The translations under genes and the position numbers were made by a program. The notes beneath the pieces are model-generated. The model was not told where the DNA came from. It worked only from the letters and a program-made list of their open reading frames with translations, and did no database searches. From assembly GCA_002269645.1 (NCBI GenBank), contig NIVC01002908.1:1-51424 (forward strand): a stretch of DNA of 51,424 bases, read 5' to 3'. Source of the DNA: Macrostomum lignano. Taxonomy: Eukaryota. This document shows positions 47,961 through 51,424 of this stretch, piece after piece; the stretch's first letter is position 1, and each line of letters opens with the position of its first letter.

Positions 47961-49974
47961 CCTCTTAGCAATTGTGTGTGTCTAAACTGGACAGCCTTCG
48001 AGTTAAGGCTCGTCTATACCAAGAAGATCTGCAAGACGCTGATAGAATAAAATAGAACAATATTATAATTGTTATATGTTAATTTTTTCTCTTGTGCATT
48101 TACTTTTTATTAAGTAAGCTACTTTACCTGAATTAATTTGATTATTTGTTTAGTAAAAGACCAAAATTTTATAGTAATATAATGGTTCAAAGTTAAACAA
48201 CTTAAAATGTTTACTTAAATAAATATATATTAGATTAATTTAAATTCTTGGTGAAACTAAATGACATATAGATTCTAGCTATATTTTAAGAGCAAAGAAC
48301 GTTGGCTAATATTATCTTCTATTATGTACAACAACCTTATTGAGTACATTGGCTATGCTAATATGAAATGATATGAGGTTTATTATTATTTAGGAATACA
48401 ATACCAGTTGCCACTTTAAAATTATGGATGCTCTTTTATTAACCCCTGTAAAAAAATTAAATAAGCAACTTGCCTATTGTGATACTAGTATACCTTTACT
48501 AGGGTAATTCAATATAAAATACTTATATATCTTCTAATATGTCTCTCTTTCCCTTTTATTTATCTACTTATAATATATTATATAAACAATTTACCAATCA
48601 ATATTTCTACAGTGTTTTGTGTCTGCAATGCAATATTAATAGATTGACAGCTAGAAGATTATGCTTTTGCACTCAGATAAATTTAACAATGCTTGAAGCT
48701 AGGAAAAACATAGATACTAGTGTAGTTTTGTTTACAAAATCTTTCATTTTAATTTATACTAGTGCTAAACAGTGATAATTCTAATGGGGCTCCAAAAGGT
48801 CTATAGATCTAAGTTTTCTATGGTCTAAATAGATAGATGATAATGCTAATGACTGAAATTAGACACAAATATCTAAGTTTTCTATGGCCCAAATGGGTAT
48901 ATGACATATCTGATAAATTATAAATAGAAAAAATAGCAAAAAGTATTTTAATAATCATAACTATACTTAAACATAAAATATTAAAAAGCATTTTTTACCT
49001 AACCAAAAATGGCTAGACTACTAATCCATGAGTAATTAACTACTAAACTCTTTTTCTAATTCATACGAATTTATAGGATTAAGAGTTTTGCTACAAGGTA
49101 TTTGTTTTGTCATCCAAATGATTATGTGACAATTGGCATTCCTTGTTAAGTTAAGTGTTTGGCAAGTTTCAGAAAAATTGGAAAATATTTGATCATTCAA
49201 GTATTTTATCAACATAAACTTGAAAAAGTGTAATATATATTAGATGCATACTTGCCAATTTTTTATGTATATTTAGCAAATCTAACCAGACTATATAATA
49301 TTACAATAGGGCCTAACTGAATAACTCATATATAGGACAAGACTTGTATTACTATAAAAATAACTACTATATTAATAAAAAATTACTATACTGTATATTG
49401 CACTATAAATTATAACTGGATATTATAATAATATGTAATTTATTATAAATATATTATATAAATATATAAATTAAGCACTGGTGGAATTTTGTTTATGAAA
49501 TTATTTTTCTTTTGAACTTCTGTCAGTTCTGGTGATTGATAATGCTGATGACATTTTAATGTCACAGTCATGTTGGTTGGTGTACTAGTGCTATGCCTTT
49601 ATAATAGTATACTCAAATGTTCTTTCAATGTAATAACTGTATATTCGAATCTTTCTTAGAAACTGAATCCACGCAAAACGCTAAATAATAGTTTGTTTTA
49701 ATGCGCGAAATAAATTGGGAAAATATTTTTTGTTATAAATGTATTGGGAATTCAGGGGTATATATAGGAGCGGTTTTGCAACAAATATACTCCAACTGTC
49801 TTTTACCTGTGAGCAAATATCGCGAACAAAATAAGCAGTTCAATCTAAACCTTTTAAAGTCTTTCGAGTTGAATAGCAACTTATTCATTTGCAAAGTCTG
49901 AGAAACGATTCCAAGAAATTTGCTAAGAGAAGGGAATTGGGACTAATTCTTGGAGATATACTAAGAGAGGCGCC

Positions 49975-51209
49975 GTGACCCTCTAGTCTTGGTGAACGCC
50001 CGATTAGGAATATTCACTAATACATATACCAGTACTAGACCGCTCAGGCCATAAGCTACCAGAATGCTACCAGAAAGCTAGCCATAAGCTACCAGAACAC
50101 TACCAGAGAGCTAGCCATAAGCTACCAGAAACGCTACTAAGAACGCTACCCAGAAATATTTAAATGAAATTTTAAGAAATAGTTAGGGAGTAAAAACAAG
50201 TATAGTCAGGATAACTGTAGTTGGCAAACAGGAATAACCCCTGTGACAACTTGGTGGCAGTTACTTAGAGGACAGAAGAGAAAGCCCTATTACAACTATG
50301 GTGGCATAACGTTGGAATTTTCATAGAGAGCCAAAAGGCCTGTTACAACTTGGTATCAGCAGTTGGGATTAAATTGATAAAGTAGGAGGTAAAACACCTG
50401 TTACAGTTGGCAATATTTCATGAATTTTTTTTTCATTTTTCATTTGAATTCATGCCAGTGCCAAGGATTTAAATCAATGATTTGAGTGATAATGCTAAGA
50501 AGTAATGCTACTTAGCATAACTTCTATAATATAAGGCAAAAAATTCTATCTTATAAGTTATCTATGGCCCAAAAGGGTTGGTGTCTGATAATTGTTGAGT
50601 GGGAAAGGGAATAGGAAAGCACTAGCAAACTACACCCCCATTGTAGAGCCAAAGAAATGCAATACACATTTTTTAATAAGCTACATGTAGCCTGGAAATC
50701 ATAAAAAAATCTCTTGTCAAACTTCTAACCTAACCTTAACCCTACCCATAACCCTAAATTTAATATTTTGTCCATGATTTTTCATATGACACTTCCATGA
50801 TTTCCACATGACACTTCTATTATTTTTGCATGATGCTTCTATGATAAACATTTTTAATAAGCTACATGAGCTGATATAAGTGTACCAGGGGTGCTTCCTG
50901 TACACTGAGAATCCACCGTTATGTCACCAAAGTTGTAACAGGCCTTTTGGCTCTCTATAAGAATCTCAATCGCTGACACCAAAGTTGTCGTAGGGGTGAC
51001 TTCTGTCCCTACAAATGATTTCACTGCTGTCACTAAAGTTGTTACAGGTGTGATTCCTTTTACTGTTCTTACTGTTTACTTACTGGTAGCGTCTGTACTT
51101 CTATTGTACTTTCGGGCCTGAGCGGTCTTTTAGGCACTGTCTATCCTATTCTTATATTCCTCTAAAGATGTTATTCTCTCAGTCCTGGGCTTCCGGATCA
51201 GAGGGTCAC
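49975..51209. repeat. Long imperfect inverted repeat (foldback or two inverted copies of one repeat family)
   Basis: 50323-50351 is the exact 29-bp reverse complement of 50930-50958; 50038-50050 pairs with 51115-51127; 49975-49984 pairs with 51200-51209. Confidence 0.75.
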
Positions 51210-51424
51210 AGCACACTTCGCTGGGTATTCTGCCCTGAGGCGGGTTTCTCAGGCTCTAAGCCTGGTTTCTCTACCCTGTGGTAGGATTTCTGCCTTTCTA
51301 AAGGCGGGTTACTAACTTCTAAGTCTAGGATTTCTCGTTCTCTGAGAACGGACTAAGTTTCTCCCAATTTGGGGATCCTAATGCTGCTAAATAACTAAGT
51401 CAATAAGTATTAATCAAGCTTCAA

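Overview
Eukaryotic (animal) genomic DNA. About 40% of the window is tandem minisatellite, and these arrays account for nearly all the long ORFs in the supplied track. Five recognisable protein genes can be reconstructed by hand: ncs-2-like neuronal calcium sensor (+, 3 exons, 191 aa), SIVA1-like (+, 2 exons, 109 aa, no C-terminal zinc fingers), MPV17L2-like (+), SLC49A4/DIRC2-like MFS transporter (+, 3 exons, one 1-nt frameshift) and OXLD1-like (-). A probable sixth gene encodes a small secreted His/Asp-rich protein. Mobile DNA includes a tRNA-headed CORE-SINE with TSD, a decayed RTE-type LINE, a decayed hAT transposase and MITE-like inverted repeats. Main leads: (1) the His-rich gene sits between hAT-type termini with a 7/8 target-site duplication, i.e. 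a candidate gene-carrying DNA transposon; (2) MPV17L2 and SLC49A4 both lack an in-frame ATG and begin at phase-0 CAG acceptors, as expected if the 3'-terminal AUG of a flatworm spliced leader supplies the initiator Met, possibly within a SIVA1-MPV17L2-SLC49A4 operon; (3) two 33-bp arrays share a GGTCAT-N9-ATGACCAA-N10 scaffold but have different spacers. A Macrostomum-like flatworm origin is my inference and is not established. All family assignments are from memory of family motifs; no database search was run.
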